Positions 20,409-33,001 of a stretch of 33,001 nt of DNA are shown here, in pieces; the stretch's first letter is position 1, and each line of letters opens with the position of its first letter. Made by a program: the position numbers and the translations under genes. Origin of the DNA: Perkinsus olseni (lineage: Eukaryota); NCBI GenBank assembly GCA_013115125.1, contig JABANN010000394.1, forward strand, positions 1 through 33,001, written 5' to 3'. Below the pieces are notes generated by a model, which was not told where the DNA came from, ran no database searches, and worked only from the letters and a program-made list of their open reading frames with translations.

Positions 20409-22694
20409 CTAGCAAGATCGTTGATACATTTGCAGCTCCAGGTTCTCAGGCCCATAGGTGAAGGTGGTCTTACCATGAACGCAGTTGGGCGAATGATTGA
20501 GTTTTATATCACCAAAATGTCTTAAAATCAGAGCTAATATTATCGTAGCCTCCTTGATGGCCATGTTCTGCCCGGGACACTGACGAGGGCCTCCCCCAAA
20601 TGCGAGATGGTCACGTACAAGGGACTGGTCTATCGACACGCCATCATTGGTGAGCCATCGTTCCGGCCTGAGATATACGCCATTAGCGAGAGAGTACTTT
20701 CCAGGAACGAACATCGCGAGAGGCCACCCGAGTATTCACCCAAAGGTTGTGCCGCCTTGAGCTTCGGCCACCATGGCCTTATGTAGAAGCGTAGCGACGA
20801 CAGTCCCACGGGGGATCCGATGCCCCTCGATTGAAGTGTCAGCAATGCACTCATTGAGGAGAAGCAGACCAGGGGGCTGCAGCTGACAAAAACCCAAAAT
20901 ACCTCAACACGAGTTCACGATGGCTCACTCTGAGTGTCTCGAGTATGCAGCACTCAACGTAGGGTAGCTGATTGAGGTCCGCTACCGTCTTGGGGTCATG
21001 TCTGAGGGCATCCACCTCGGCCCTGGCCTTAATTTGGATGTAGAGGTTGAGGGACAGATAGTAGAGGCACCACGAAAGCGTCATGGAGGTGGTATCACTA
21101 CCAGCGATCAAGAACCTGATGGCGAGTAGTGCAGTGTGTACCACGATGCTACAACCCCTCTTCCAGTGGCGCTCTAAGCTATCAGTGGCAGGCCCGAAAC
21201 GGACAAGAGCTTGTGAGTCGGCAAGAAGAGCTCACGTGACGAGGTTTCCCCGCAAGTCCTCCGGGTCTAGATGCAGGAGTTTGTCGAGCAAGTTGCGTCG
21301 CTCCACCCGCCCTCCTCGTGCCGCCGCTTGCCGCTCAGCCCGTCGACTGCCGATAATCTCATCGCAGATTCTGTTGAGCCGCTTCACTCCCGTGTGCATC
21401 TGAAGACGAGAAATGACGAAACCTCCAACAGCGAGCGCCTCACCTTTTTGACCATTGGGTTAAGGTTCCAAGGGAATCTGTCCCGTGTCATACAGGGGAA
21501 ACGGCGAAGCCGTGCAGCGTAACCCGAGCCGGCCAGGGTGTCCGCCATCGCCTGCTGAACCTCTCCAGATCGACGGACAACAGCAGCTCCTGAACAAGCA
21601 CTGTACAAAAGCTTTTTAGCACCGTACCACAGGGACTGGCCCTCGCAGCATACTTCAGATTATTTCAACACGAGCTAGCATTTCCCACGATGATATTGTC
21701 AGAGCGAACACTCCACGATAGAATTATTATTAATGTTATTACTTACCGTAGAACTTACCCGAGGCACAGCGCTCAGCACCGAGATTTAAAAAATCGAAGT
21801 CGTGCCCGAATGTGGTTACACATAAGACATCGAGGGTACAGAGGGGAAGCCATTCTGTGGGACGCCAAACAATACGGTCGTTCTGGCTGAGGGATCTCAA
21901 CTGACGTACCTGAATATCAGAAGGTGGAGGGAAGACGGAGATTGGCGGCCTACCAGCTTCAATGCAACTTCGGACATATCGGGTACCATGGCGTCCGAGT
22001 TGTTGTCGTTGAAGGCCGGGGCACCCAACCGTCTGTTCCGCTTCCACTCTTCACCCTCCGTATTGAACATCCCAGGGATTGGCATTATCTTGTGTTTATT
22101 GATTGGCCTGATGTAGGTCTTCGGGCGTTCATTCAAGACTTGACGAATCGAGTCAGGCTTGGACGCAACTACCAGGTCCGTGCCGACAAGCCTGAAAGCA
22201 GAACCGTTACCCCCCGTAGGCACCGGCGCTGCCCTTCCTGAGCGTACCAAGGCGATTGAACAACCATCGAACACCACCCGAATCGGAAAAATCGATGGCA
22301 GAAGTGTGTACTCTCACTTGATATGGTATATGTCACCGTATGTATCCGCGTAGATCTCCAAAGCATGCCAGAGATGATCCAATGACTTTGGTATGAAGCC
22401 AATGGTAGGAAGTAACTGCGAAAATCGAAGCCTGAGAGATAGTTAGCACTCCTGGAAGGCCTCACTACTTGCTAGCGGACCACAAGAGCTGAGCGCGGCT
22501 GGAGCCACATATCTTACGTGATTTGGTCCACCGAAGACTGCATGAAGATCCACCTTGGTACGTTTTACGAGCCTGAGAGCCTTCAAGGCAAGTACTGAGG
22601 CTATAGCGCTCACAAGGATGAGTGTTCCGTGCGACCGGAAAATTGATCGACACTTCACCACGAGGTCCTGGACAGCGACGAGTAGGGATGCCAT
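20409..22694 (-). CDS. Cytochrome P450 copy D, apparently intact, 9 exons
   Basis: MASLLVAVQDLVVKCR... to ...LELQMYQRSC*. All exons splice in frame with GT-AG sites (the exon 4 donor is ambiguous, but both options are phase 1). Motifs AGSDTT, ETLR, PERW, FGGGPRQCPG. Confidence 0.9.
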
Positions 22695-23430
22695 CTACAG
22701 GGGAACTGGCCAAGTTGAGCTGAGTGTTGACACCTGAGCGTGTGACCTCGAAGTCCCAAAGTGATGATTCAGCGATTCGCCGCGAGGAGCAATAGCGGGC
22801 GGGGGTCTAGCGCGCACAAAAATTGAGTAATTCGAAATCAACATGCTTGGAGCTATGGCTAGTCGGATCATCGGCAGAGGGGACCAACAACCAGACTATG
22901 CTGTAACTCGCGCATAGAGGCTCAACTCAGCCCTCCGCTGGCTGAATGCGGAGGTAGCGGTTCATCCGAAAGTTTTACATAGCCCGAAGGCAGCAGACTG
23001 CCGAGGCAGTCTGAGGGCGTCAAGGAGGGCGTAGATTCGGTGTTGTTGGTTATTCCATCTCTCTCGAGGGCAGGCGTACTTCTTGCAGCACCCCGGGGAA
23101 CGCAGTGCTCCGCCGACTGAATCGTTCTCCCAGAACGAATAATAGAATTCGGCTTTGACCGCCCAACGTACCAGAGAGGGGTTCGCCTTCGAACAGAATG
23201 ATCTTGCCGCGATGACCGGACGACGCCCGGTTTATACTATCCGGCAACTTATCTCAAGAAGCTCGAGCTCACTGCCTCTCCGAAACCAATTCCACCCGCC
23301 GACATGCCTGCCCCTTCCCAAGCCTTCATACCAAACCGCTTCACACTAATCCGGAAACCCGATGAAGTCGACCGGAACCATCAATTAAGCTCACCACAGA
23401 AGGAACAGAGAACAAGCAGAAACGTATCAG

Positions 23431-24662
23431 TCAGCGGAAGAAATGTGCAATGCTAGCTGTGACTTCGTAACTTTTTATGAAGTGCCACCAATTGCTCGGC
23501 AAGAACAAGGCGTCGCCGGCGTTAAGAATGGCCTCTGAGTACACCACTTCACTGTACAGGGGGTATTTCTCGGGGTCGATCGGCTCGGTGAGGATGTCAG
23601 TCGGCAAGGTCGAGTTATTGGTGAGAATGCCGCGCTGAAGAGGGTAGAGACACTTCTCCTGCGAAGGGCTAAACAGCCGAACGTACTTGCAGCCGACGAC
23701 CTGAGTAGGAACCAAAGCCGTACCGAAGCCGCTGTGAAGCGCCATCGCCGTACCATGCATTTGATGTTGTTGTTTGCATCGCGATGAGTCTGAGAGGCAG
23801 TCCCTGCTGCGCCGAAGAACAGCAGCCGCCTGACGATCCCCTCGTCGGCACTCAAACACGCATCGGGCACTGGCTGCACCTCCTCTTCCAGCTCTGTTAT
23901 CTGGTTGAATATCTCGTACTCGGCCAAGTATGCAATCGACTGGTCCGCCGCGTCCGAGGCTGGCTTCATCAGATGCTCTTCCACGTAGTCCCGCAACTTC
24001 ATAAGACGCTGACTGTAACCCGAGCTCATATACCCGCCTAGTTCTATCGGTACTAGCCGGTCTCCATACTTGCCGAGGGTCCAGTGATCTGGGTCGGCCC
24101 AGGACTGTACTCCAGGCCAGCTAGAAACTAGTCCTCGGATCTTCACTGGCTTCTGGGGGATAAAGTACTGGGTGAGGAACTTCTCGAATGAGCATTCTGA
24201 CACCTCTAGCTCCTCAACTGGGTGCTTCAAAACCGGCGGTTTCTCCTTCCCCGCAGGAAAGGCTCGTCGAACTCGCTTCTCTGGCTGCACGACCGGCACG
24301 CTTGCGGCTGTGATATCTCTGCACATCTCCTCCAAGAGCTCGTAGGAGCGCGTCGACGGACCGCCGATCATGATCCCCATATCTGCATAAAACGTCGACT
24401 TCTCCAGCAACGCTAAGCAGCATGCGGCAACAGCAAAGGCTTCGCGACAGCCATGGTGAACCTTCGTGTAGTGACCAGTGTGGATGGTGGCCCAGGCCTC
24501 GTCGTACACGGCCCGAGCCGCCCTAGTAGAAGACATCGCCCTTTCTAGCTCAGGAAGCATGCCCATCAGATGCCGGCAGTCATCAGAGTCGTTCGCTTCG
24601 TCTTGTATGATTTCCGAGATCACCTCCTTCACCCGCTCCATCTTGTCTCCACCGGACTCCAT
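23431..24662 (-). CDS. JmjC/Cupin_8 2-oxoglutarate oxygenase, JMJD5/KDM8-like; one 53-nt intron (23701-23753)
   Basis: PVKIRGLVSSWP, DRLVPIELG, YLAEYEIFNQITEL, FFGAAGTASQTHRD (HxD), VVGCKYVRLF, LNAGDALFLPSNWWH (distal His). The intron joins ORFs 23475..24884 and 23431..23859. Start codon uncertain (24662, 24641 or further upstream). Confidence 0.9.
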
Positions 24663-24924
24663 TGGAATGATAGAACCTAGCTTCGCTCCGCTGTGTTTAC
24701 GGAAGACCTCTCTAAACTCCCCGTCATAATGAATCAGGCTCTTACTCTCACTATATTCCAAACTAGTAGAGCACTGTAGTACCCCGCTCCCTTTGCCTCG
24801 AATACCACACCAGACACACTGACCGCTCGACCGATGTCGACCGATGTCGACCCACCCACTCGAGAACACGACACTCAAAAGCATCCGAAACGTGAATGAT
24901 AATAAAGGAACAGGAATATTTACG

Positions 24925-25665
24925 TCACCAACTCTGCTGCTGCTGCCACGACCAGCTGTTCGACTTGTGCGTTTTGCCGTTCTTGTGCTCCTTCAGCTGC
25001 TCTTCCGAGGTGAAACCGAGGTAACAAGTATCACACCAAAACTCCATTCCCTTCCACCGGGCGTCCAACTCGTTGCGCAAGTGCCAGAATTTGCACTTCT
25101 CGCCTTGCTTGCACTGGCCGGTCTTCTTATACATTCGGCACATCGGAATATTGAGATTCTGCGCCACTCGGGCCAAGGCCGGGTCGAATCTTTTCCGGTG
25201 CCGCAGTTCCCGTATGAGCTCGGCCTTGTCGGCGTCGGTCATCTCCTCTGGCTTCACGTGGCTGAAGAGGCAAGGCTTGCCCATCTCCTCAAATTTGCAT
25301 TTTCCTGTCAAGTAGGAGAAGCACAGATTGGAGAGGCCTTGGCGCATCTTCTTCCGCAACACTTTGTTCGACAACTTCTCCTGCGCCTTCTCTTCGTCAT
25401 TCAGTTTTCGCTTCTTTGCTTCGCGTGGGACTTGAACCGGAGACCTCTGAGAGAACAAGTGCCGACCATCAATAAAACGCGTCACAATAATTATGAAATA
25501 GAAAGTTATTCGACACTCAGCTCAGAGGTCACTCGTCACAGTGCAGGACTAAGAAACAGTGCCCACCTCGTCCTCGCTGCTGCTGCTGGCATCGCTATCC
25601 GATGATGAGGCTTCCAAGGCCGCCAGCTGAGCGTCCAGGTCGTTGAGGGATAATTCGTTAGACAT
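24925..25665 (-). CDS. Zinc-finger protein with two CCCH fingers and a C-terminal C2H2 (matrin/jazz-type) finger; likely RNA-binding
   Basis: Exon 1 25665-25567 (MSNELSLNDLDAQLAALEASSSDSD...), exon 2 25446-24925. Fingers CFSYLTGKCKF...CLFSH, CRMYKKTGQCKQGEKCKFWH and CDTCYLGFTSEEQLKEHKNGKTH. Confidence 0.88.
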
Positions 25666-26040
25666 GGTGAACAAGCTAATTCACAGTTATTTCTTTCAGT
25701 ATCATCGAACTTTGTTCAGTAATTCTCTATAATAATATAATAACTGAATTTTATAGGCGATTATAGAATATTTAAAGATACGGTACTGTTCATCATGAGG
25801 AATCTTAGGTCGACTGAATGAAGAAAACGAGGACGTTGCATCGCCAACAACGGTCACCTCGACGGCCGAGAAGATGAGTAACACAATCAACATGGAGAAA
25901 GGAGAAAATGTAAGGATTGATACTAGTGGACGGAGTAACACTGTAAAACTCGTCAGCGTCACTGCGCCACGAAATTATGATGCTCTTGAATGGAGGAGCG
26001 GCAAGTGTCACATCTTCTGCGTTACTATAAAAACTCCGCC

Positions 26041-29000
26041 TTATTGCTGGGGCCACTTGAACTCGGAATCCGCAGGAGCCGGCGTCTCAGCGCCCGGCCA
26101 CCCCTTGGCTGCGCTGAGATTGCCCGTCAACTGAGAACAAAACGAGAGCTGTCATGCTACGCTGACCGCAAGTGTCTCGAAAGGCACATTAATGATCATC
26201 AGTGAAGGCCACCCGGAGCCACTCACCTTCCTCCTAATTCCGGGCACCCTAGAGGGCTCCTCGGCGGGCTGCTGCTGTTGCTGAGGCGCAGCGGAGGATG
26301 CCGCCGTGGGTGCCGACGCCTGATGAAGGTTGTTCGATATATAACAAGAGCGAAAAAAATTATAGAAATATTGAAAAAATCACGTGAATTATGCATCTAA
26401 CTGACATGTAAATTTATCAGTTCATAAGTAATCCATGTATGTAGTATAAGGACGTCTGCATAGTACTGAGTGATTATCCTATGCCTTCCCAGCAACAAGA
26501 GGCCCAAGAGCTCGCTAGTCGGTGAGCCCTAGTCGCAAGGCCGAGCAGGAGTTCTTACTTGAGGTCTGCCTACGGCCGCGGTGCCGCTACTCTTCCTCGT
26601 CTTTCTAGCTCCCACTAATGGAACCTTGGGGAACTTGGGAGGAGACGGAGTAGCGACCTTTGGAACGGCCTGTGCACTCTGAGCCTGCCACCTTTGCTGC
26701 TGCTGCGGCTGGCCTACACCATCACGAACTCTTTCACCGACGACGAAGACCGACGTTACCTTGTGACGGTGGCGCCGCCGGTCGCTGCTGTTGTTGCTGC
26801 TGCTCCGGGAGCTCAGGAGTTGGTACCCGCAGACTTCTCGGCGGTGGCATCGGAACTTGCGCCTAGAAAAGTACACGGTATCCAAAAATGATAAACACGC
26901 CACGCTTCGCTCCGCCAACTACCTGTGGTATGGTATATCCACTCTGCTGTCCATAATATCCTTGCGGTTCCCCATACCCCTGCTGGGCAGCGTAGCGTGG
27001 GGACGTCGGCGCCCCGCTGGCTACCGCGGCGTACGATGGCGGTGCCGCCTGAAAGAACCGCTAGAGGTGTCAGAATATCACCAGCCCGTGTCTGTCCACC
27101 CCGGCCTGTTGCTGCTGAGTGCCTCCCCTCCGGTCTCCGCTGACGACCTTCTCCGGCGGCACCAAGACAGCGCTCACTACCGGTACCCCTCCCGAAGACG
27201 GTTGCTGTTGGTTTTGCTGTTGCAAGTACTGTTCACGATCCGCCGGCCTCCCAGGCACCCAAGAGGCTGCTGATGTCTGATACGACGGCCCCTGGGACGG
27301 CGGAGAGGGCGTCCATTGCTCCTGCTGCTGCTGAGCTGGCGGAGGATAGGCAGCAGCGGCAGCAGCAGGGCTCTGGTCCTCCTCCTCATCATCACTGCCA
27401 GTCGAGGCCTCCCCCTGTGGCGGCTGCTGCCGCTGCGCTCGAGCTCTCAGCTCCTCTTGAAGCTGCAACAGCTGCGCCTTCTGCTCCTAATATCAACAGC
27501 AACTGCTCATCCTCGCTGACGTAGCATCCGCGACGCAACCAAGAGCAGTCCGCAAGCCGTACAGGACTCTATCATGACTATCGATATTAGAAATCCCTTG
27601 TTAACCCTTATAATACCATCACAGCAGCGCTCTAACGAGACCGAGGCTCCCAAAGTAGCAGTGCGTCGAGCCTGGACTTCCGTACTCCGAACTATCGTTA
27701 ATACCACAAATCCACCAATTTAGAGGAGGCCTATCCCTCAACTAACCTCAATAGCCTGTCGCTGCTCATTGAGAGTGTTCTGTTGCTTCTCTATCTCAGC
27801 CTGCTGATGCCTCCTCAATTCCGCCATCTGCACGTTCGCTGCCAAATCCTTATCCTCGCCGTCGCCTCGCGCTAACACCCGGGCCAGGACTGCACTCTGA
27901 AAAAAACGTTGGCACTTCGGGAAGGGACTGAACGGAAACGGCGAGCCCGTCCACTGAGACCCATCAACCCGCCGATAGATGCAGGGGCATTTACCGCCAC
28001 GACAAGCACGGTTTACTGAAATTATGGTATCCCGGATATTAACACGGGTTCGAACCGAACCGTCATGCAAATCACCTTTTTTGGGGCTACTCGTCGGATT
28101 TTGAGAGTTACTAGACAACATTCAAGAGATCCACTGATTCAATCAGTGGAACCGAAATGATTAGCTTTCTTAGCTTTCTTAATGAGTAGCTTTCTTCCTG
28201 ATTCAATTCAATCTGATACAATCAGTCTGATTGTAAGAATGAGAATAGGTAACAACTCCGGTCCGTAATATTATGCGCGAGCGAAAATTTCGAGACCCTG
28301 CTGTATACCAGATGAAAACAGAAAGCTGCTACAGAGGCGAATGACAGATAAAACGGAGCTCCTTGATCGTAGGAAGAAATCCCATGGCCCTCGATCGATA
28401 CCACATTTCCCCCATCACTACATCGTCCGAGGCTTCGCTATCGCTTGAACTTTCTTTCGCCTTCCCCTTGGACGTCGCTGACTTCTTCTTAGACGGCTCC
28501 GGTGAGCTCTTGCTGCTACTCTTTTTACTATCTTTCCCACTGCTCTTCGTGTCACCACCTCCCGCTGCCTTCCTTGCTTGGCGCTGGAACGCTTTCGCTT
28601 TCTCTTCTTGCTCCCTGAAAGACCAGACTACTGAGCCAAGAGCAACTGCAAGCATTCTACTCTGACAAACTAGAGTACTTTCGTACCGTTTCTCGACTGC
28701 GAGTGGGACACCAGAATACAGTTCAACCATCAACATTGAGATGGGAGGGTCATTGCGACGAAGTGACAACAGAGTGGACGAAAATCCAAAACTTCAATCA
28801 GTTGCGACCGAGAGTTCGAAGGATTACGATGATGCTGATTCCATTTCTGACGCCCCGATCTTCTAAGATGATTCATCTTACTCTCATTGCGCTGCTTTTT
28901 TCGCCCGGCAATTTCAGATTTGCCCGATCACATTGTTCACTTCGTTACACAATCCTGTTGTGCTATACTAGTAGCACGTATCACACAGCCTTCGACGGGA

Positions 29001-32000
29001 AAATGCGGCAAAACTGAGGCCACCATGCCACGTGATGGCGAGACGAGAACAGCGGTCGTCGAACAATTCAAGTATCTAAGTGCTGCCTCGAGCTGTAGAC
29101 GCTGCTGTCACGTGGTCTAGCGTCCCCGCTTTTGCACACTTCCTCGTTACATTCGCACGGCCCCACTGCACCCCTATGAAACAGAGAGCCTCAGCTCGCA
29201 CACGCCACTCCCCCTTAATATCCACGAGAGGCACGCTGCTCTCATTCCTGCGTCTATCAACCTCCCGCTCTCCCCCATATGCTACTACTTAGCCTTCTGT
29301 TGAGCCTCCGCTTGCTGCTTCTCTGCCGCTTCAGCCGCCATCCGACCCTCGTTAGCGCTCGCTAGAGCCAAAGTCCCTGAGCAAGCCCGGCATTCAAACA
29401 CGCTTTTTGCACGACGCTAAAGTCTCTCGTATGAAAAAAATGACAGAAAAGACATCTACAGAGGGGAATCGGTTGCGCAGAGATAACTTCTACAATACAG
29501 TGAGTTCCGACTTTAAATTTTTCATAAACGTACAAAAAGTCGATATCGAATTCAGAAATTATCGATTTCGAAAATGGATCAAATTTTCAGCGCCCGCCCA
29601 GATTAGACAACAAGACTATATACCGCGAACTCACTGACAGAATTTGAGCCCTCAACTTCGAGAACTGTAGAGGTTAAGTCACTGACATGTTTCACAATCC
29701 TCAGATTTCTCGTGCGGTAGTGAATCCGGAGACCACCAGTTCCCGATACTACTTGGACTCAAGTCAGCACCCTTCCCCCACGCCTTCTCGTATTCCTTCT
29801 TCGTCTTGGCGTACTCATCCTCCAGCTCCTTAGCGGCCGCCGCTCGTTCTGCTATTATCTTGTCCTCTGCTTCCTTGATGCCTTTGCGCCTGTCCTCAGC
29901 CTCCTTCATCTCCTAAAGTTCACGCTACTTGAATGTTATTGCCCACGGTAAATAATACATCATTATTAGCCTCTTGCTTCTTCCTCAAATCCTCCTTCCT
30001 TTCTTTTAGCATATCAACGAGCGATTGCTGATACGACAGGAGGGTACCTGGAAGCACGAATGGCAGAAAACTCGAAAGGGTAGAGACTGTACAAGAGTCA
30101 CAACCGAAAGACGAGGTAGAGAGGATTCAACACATGAAAATCGGCGCGGGATGACGCGGGTTTCGGGCGTCCGGAGATCAGCCAAGAGTGACGAGATCCA
30201 TTTGTCAATGTAGAATCACCAAGAGTGTCATTCCGGCTGGCTCCCAGCTGGCGGATAGCTCGTGAAAACTGTGAGAAATAAGATTGAAGCAAACTATTAT
30301 AGAACCGCTCATGTTTCAACGTCCGACCAGAACCCTCCGCCATACTCTGCATCTCATGAAATAAATCCTCATATCTTCCCTGCTGGTCTCCCGACGGAGC
30401 CGTCCGAGGAGGCCCGGCCGCCAGCGAAGGCTCACTCCCCAGATTCCGACCCTTTCTAGCTTCACAAAACTCGCAAACATCATCGGCACCGTGCCGGCCT
30501 GAGGCCACGAAGTTCAACCCTCAATCGCCGTCGCATGCGTACAGAATGGGTTCTTCGGCCTCTTAGCCTTTTCCACGCGTTCCTGCTCCTTCACTTGGAA
30601 CTCCGCCTGCTGGACAGCCTGAGTCGTCCTCCCCAACTGGTCCGATAAGAGCCCGCGGAGATCTTTAACCTAATCGTACCGTCATGACAACGAGGTGGAT
30701 TCTAAGAACTCTCAGTGCCAAAAGATACCATCAAGAATTGACAACGCATCCCATGTGATGTCACTCTTTCATGCCGCAATTTCTCATACAAACTCACGTC
30801 ACGACGCCCGACAACGTCATGACGCAACGTCATCCAGCAGACCAAAATCAGCCTAAATTCTCACACTTTCACAGAGGTGGCTGCTACCACTTGGCATGGT
30901 GGCCTCCACTCATACATCTAGAATTTACTTGGTCACAAACTGGTTCATAGAAATCTACGTCGTCCGCGGATTCAGTGGTTGATTTTTCCAAGCTGGCCAG
31001 TTCCCTCCCTCCGAGCCAGACAACTTCGCCCTAGTACCGTGCTCTCCAGCGAGGAATATCTTTGCTCCATCTCTTGCATTCTCAGCCTCTTCTCCATCTC
31101 CTGGGCACTCTCAGGTCCTTTAGTTCGCGCCAACTCCATCTTCAATTCCTTCACTTGTCGCCGAAGCAGCTTAATCGACTCTGAAGCGAAACCCGTGACT
31201 GCCCGCCACAGCCGCACCGAACGACCCCAAAGGCCGCGGTCCGCGAATGGCGAAAAGAATGCTGGTGGCGAACATGACGACACCACCGGGAACTTCGCTT
31301 TCAGAGGAGATCGCCAACGCCCAACTGGTTATAATACTGCGGGAAAAAGCAATAGAATTTCTTAGATGACACTTCATGCGCTAATGGCTACTTCTTGCGA
31401 TTCTTTCGTGGCCTATGCTAGTCTTATGACTACTTCCAGAGTAACGCGCATCCATTCAACGCTACACTCGAATTTAGCGGCGCAACTCGGTACTACCAGT
31501 ATCCCGAGGGTCCCGTTGGACTGCAGTCGGAGCAGTCGCCGGGATGGCCTGCCCGCCGGCAGCCGAATCTGGATGCCCTCCAGGGGGAGTACTGAACGGC
31601 TGGTTGCCGATGCTAAGCTCGGGCTGTGACCCTCCCGCTGTCACAGCAGAGGGTGATGCTGCATTGGTCGACATCTGAGATAAGAAATCGTGACGAAGAA
31701 GCTGAGAAGGAAGCGCATCGAAGAGCAGATTGAGAACGGGGTTATTGCTGAGAAACGTAGCGCTTGTACCATGCACAGCACGACGTGTAGAGGAAGCTTC
31801 GAGCGACCGAAGTATAACGTTGAAACCTACTACCTTATTCCTTCGGCTCCTGCCGCTACGCCCGCTCTCTCTCACTGGAGATGGACCAAAGTCGCCACCT
31901 CCAGGGGGCATATCATGGGAGCCTGCGGACAACCAGAGTCGACCTCGGATACGTTACCGAAGATCTCTTATATCCTATTACCTCCTTCTTGGCTTGTTGG

Positions 32001-32396
32001 TGTTGGGCTCTCGGGGACGGCCGGGATGCGGCCCGGCGTGAGGCCAGTCTGGACCATTTCTCGCATTTGATTCCGCATGTGTTCCAATAAACTCACGGCC
32101 TCATTCGTCATACCTGCGCGTCAACCTAAGATACGCCAAGTGAAGGAGAAGAAATCTTACCTTGCCGCTGGAGCTGCAAAACATGTTGATGCGCCTCCCG
32201 GGCCTGAGCTTGGTACTCCGGAGTTAACTTCGGGAAAAGTTCTGATGGCAAAAAAATCAAAAAAGGCAACACCAAGTGCGTGGACACTACCCGCCATTTC
32301 GGCCATCAACTGGTCTACGTCCGTTGTGGGAGGTGCCGCGTATCTTGGGTCGACGGCGGTGTTAGATAGGTAAGGCTGTGACCCGTAGGAAGCCAT
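26041..32396 (-). CDS. Long multi-exon hypothetical protein, coiled-coil with P/Q/S-rich low-complexity regions (may be two genes)
   Basis: Chain of minus-strand exons with GT-AG boundaries from MASYGSQPYL (32396) through ESIKLLRRQVKELKMELAR, MKEAEDRRKGIKEAEDK, EQEEKAKAFQRQARK, ELRRHQQAEIEKQQ and Q/P-rich exons to WPQQ* near 26041. No family recognised and the exact exon chain was not resolved. Confidence 0.55.
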
Positions 32397-33001
32397 AATT
32401 ACAAGTTGGAAAACACTGAGTACACCCTTCTGGTACTAGTAAGGCTACGGAAGAGCCCTCCCCTAATGATGATGCAACGAGGGTTGTAACGCCGTATTGC
32501 CGGGTTTACGCGGCGGGGGTCGACGTATTCGACATCACGCAGAGGCATAGTAGGAGATCTCATAGTCCTTCGTAATGTATGACGACCACTGCCGGAGGAA
32601 CTCAATACGAGAAGGACAGGAGATTGAAGCGGGTGCGGAACCACCCGTCAATTACGAACAAGGCAAATGAATACTGAAATGATGACAGAGTGATTCTCGT
32701 GCTTACTATGGCTACGCTCAAATCACAATAACGATTTAAAAGACTGAAGAGACAGAAGTCGCCCATCACAGTAAGTACTGTGAGTTCAAGATCCTTTTTG
32801 ACTGGAAACTAAATTAGACACGGCTGACATGGTAGATTTTACGAATCGCTGTGGAAGTCTTTATCAGCCTCAAGCAGCGAGAAAACGAACGGCGCCCGCG
32901 AGCACAGGCAGACCAATTGTGGGTTCGAGTGTACCAAAATCGATATCTCTCTGCTATAACTAGATAAGCCAACTCGACTCCAGCTCCTTTGTATACCAGC
33001 T

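Noticed and set aside
24826-24852. TCGACCGATG tandem repeat as a scar
   Set aside because: Simple 10-bp direct tandem repeat that does not fit the X/revcomp(X)/X geometry.
24844-25605. 253-aa plus-strand ORF
   Set aside because: Antisense shadow of the zinc-finger gene with no recognisable motifs.

Overview
Eukaryotic (protist) genomic DNA with short GT-AG introns; the style suggests a Perkinsus-like alveolate (inference, not verified). Bases 1 to about 23 kb form a repeat-rich accessory block. It holds four tandem minus-strand cytochrome P450 paralogues on a shared 9-exon plan (two apparently intact, one with a nonsense codon, one clear pseudogene), tRNA-Ala(AGC), a decaying tandem tRNA-Ser array, and remnants of an LTR-retrotransposon integrase, a LINE endonuclease and possibly a MULE transposase. 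From about 23 to 33 kb the DNA is gene-dense: a JMJD5/KDM8-like JmjC protein, a CCCH/C2H2 zinc-finger protein and a long multi-exon coiled-coil gene. The main unexplained signal is a stereotyped 22-bp scar, X[1-7]+revcomp(X)+X[2-8], where X is a different 8-mer each time. I found 14 perfect copies by eye plus about 10 decayed or extended ones. Paralogue and reading-frame comparisons show that these scars are insertions at a formerly single 8-mer. The geometry matches hairpin-mediated excision of an 8-bp-TSD (hAT-type) transposon repaired by annealing of the palindromic overhangs, and the scars have altered the P450 genes.
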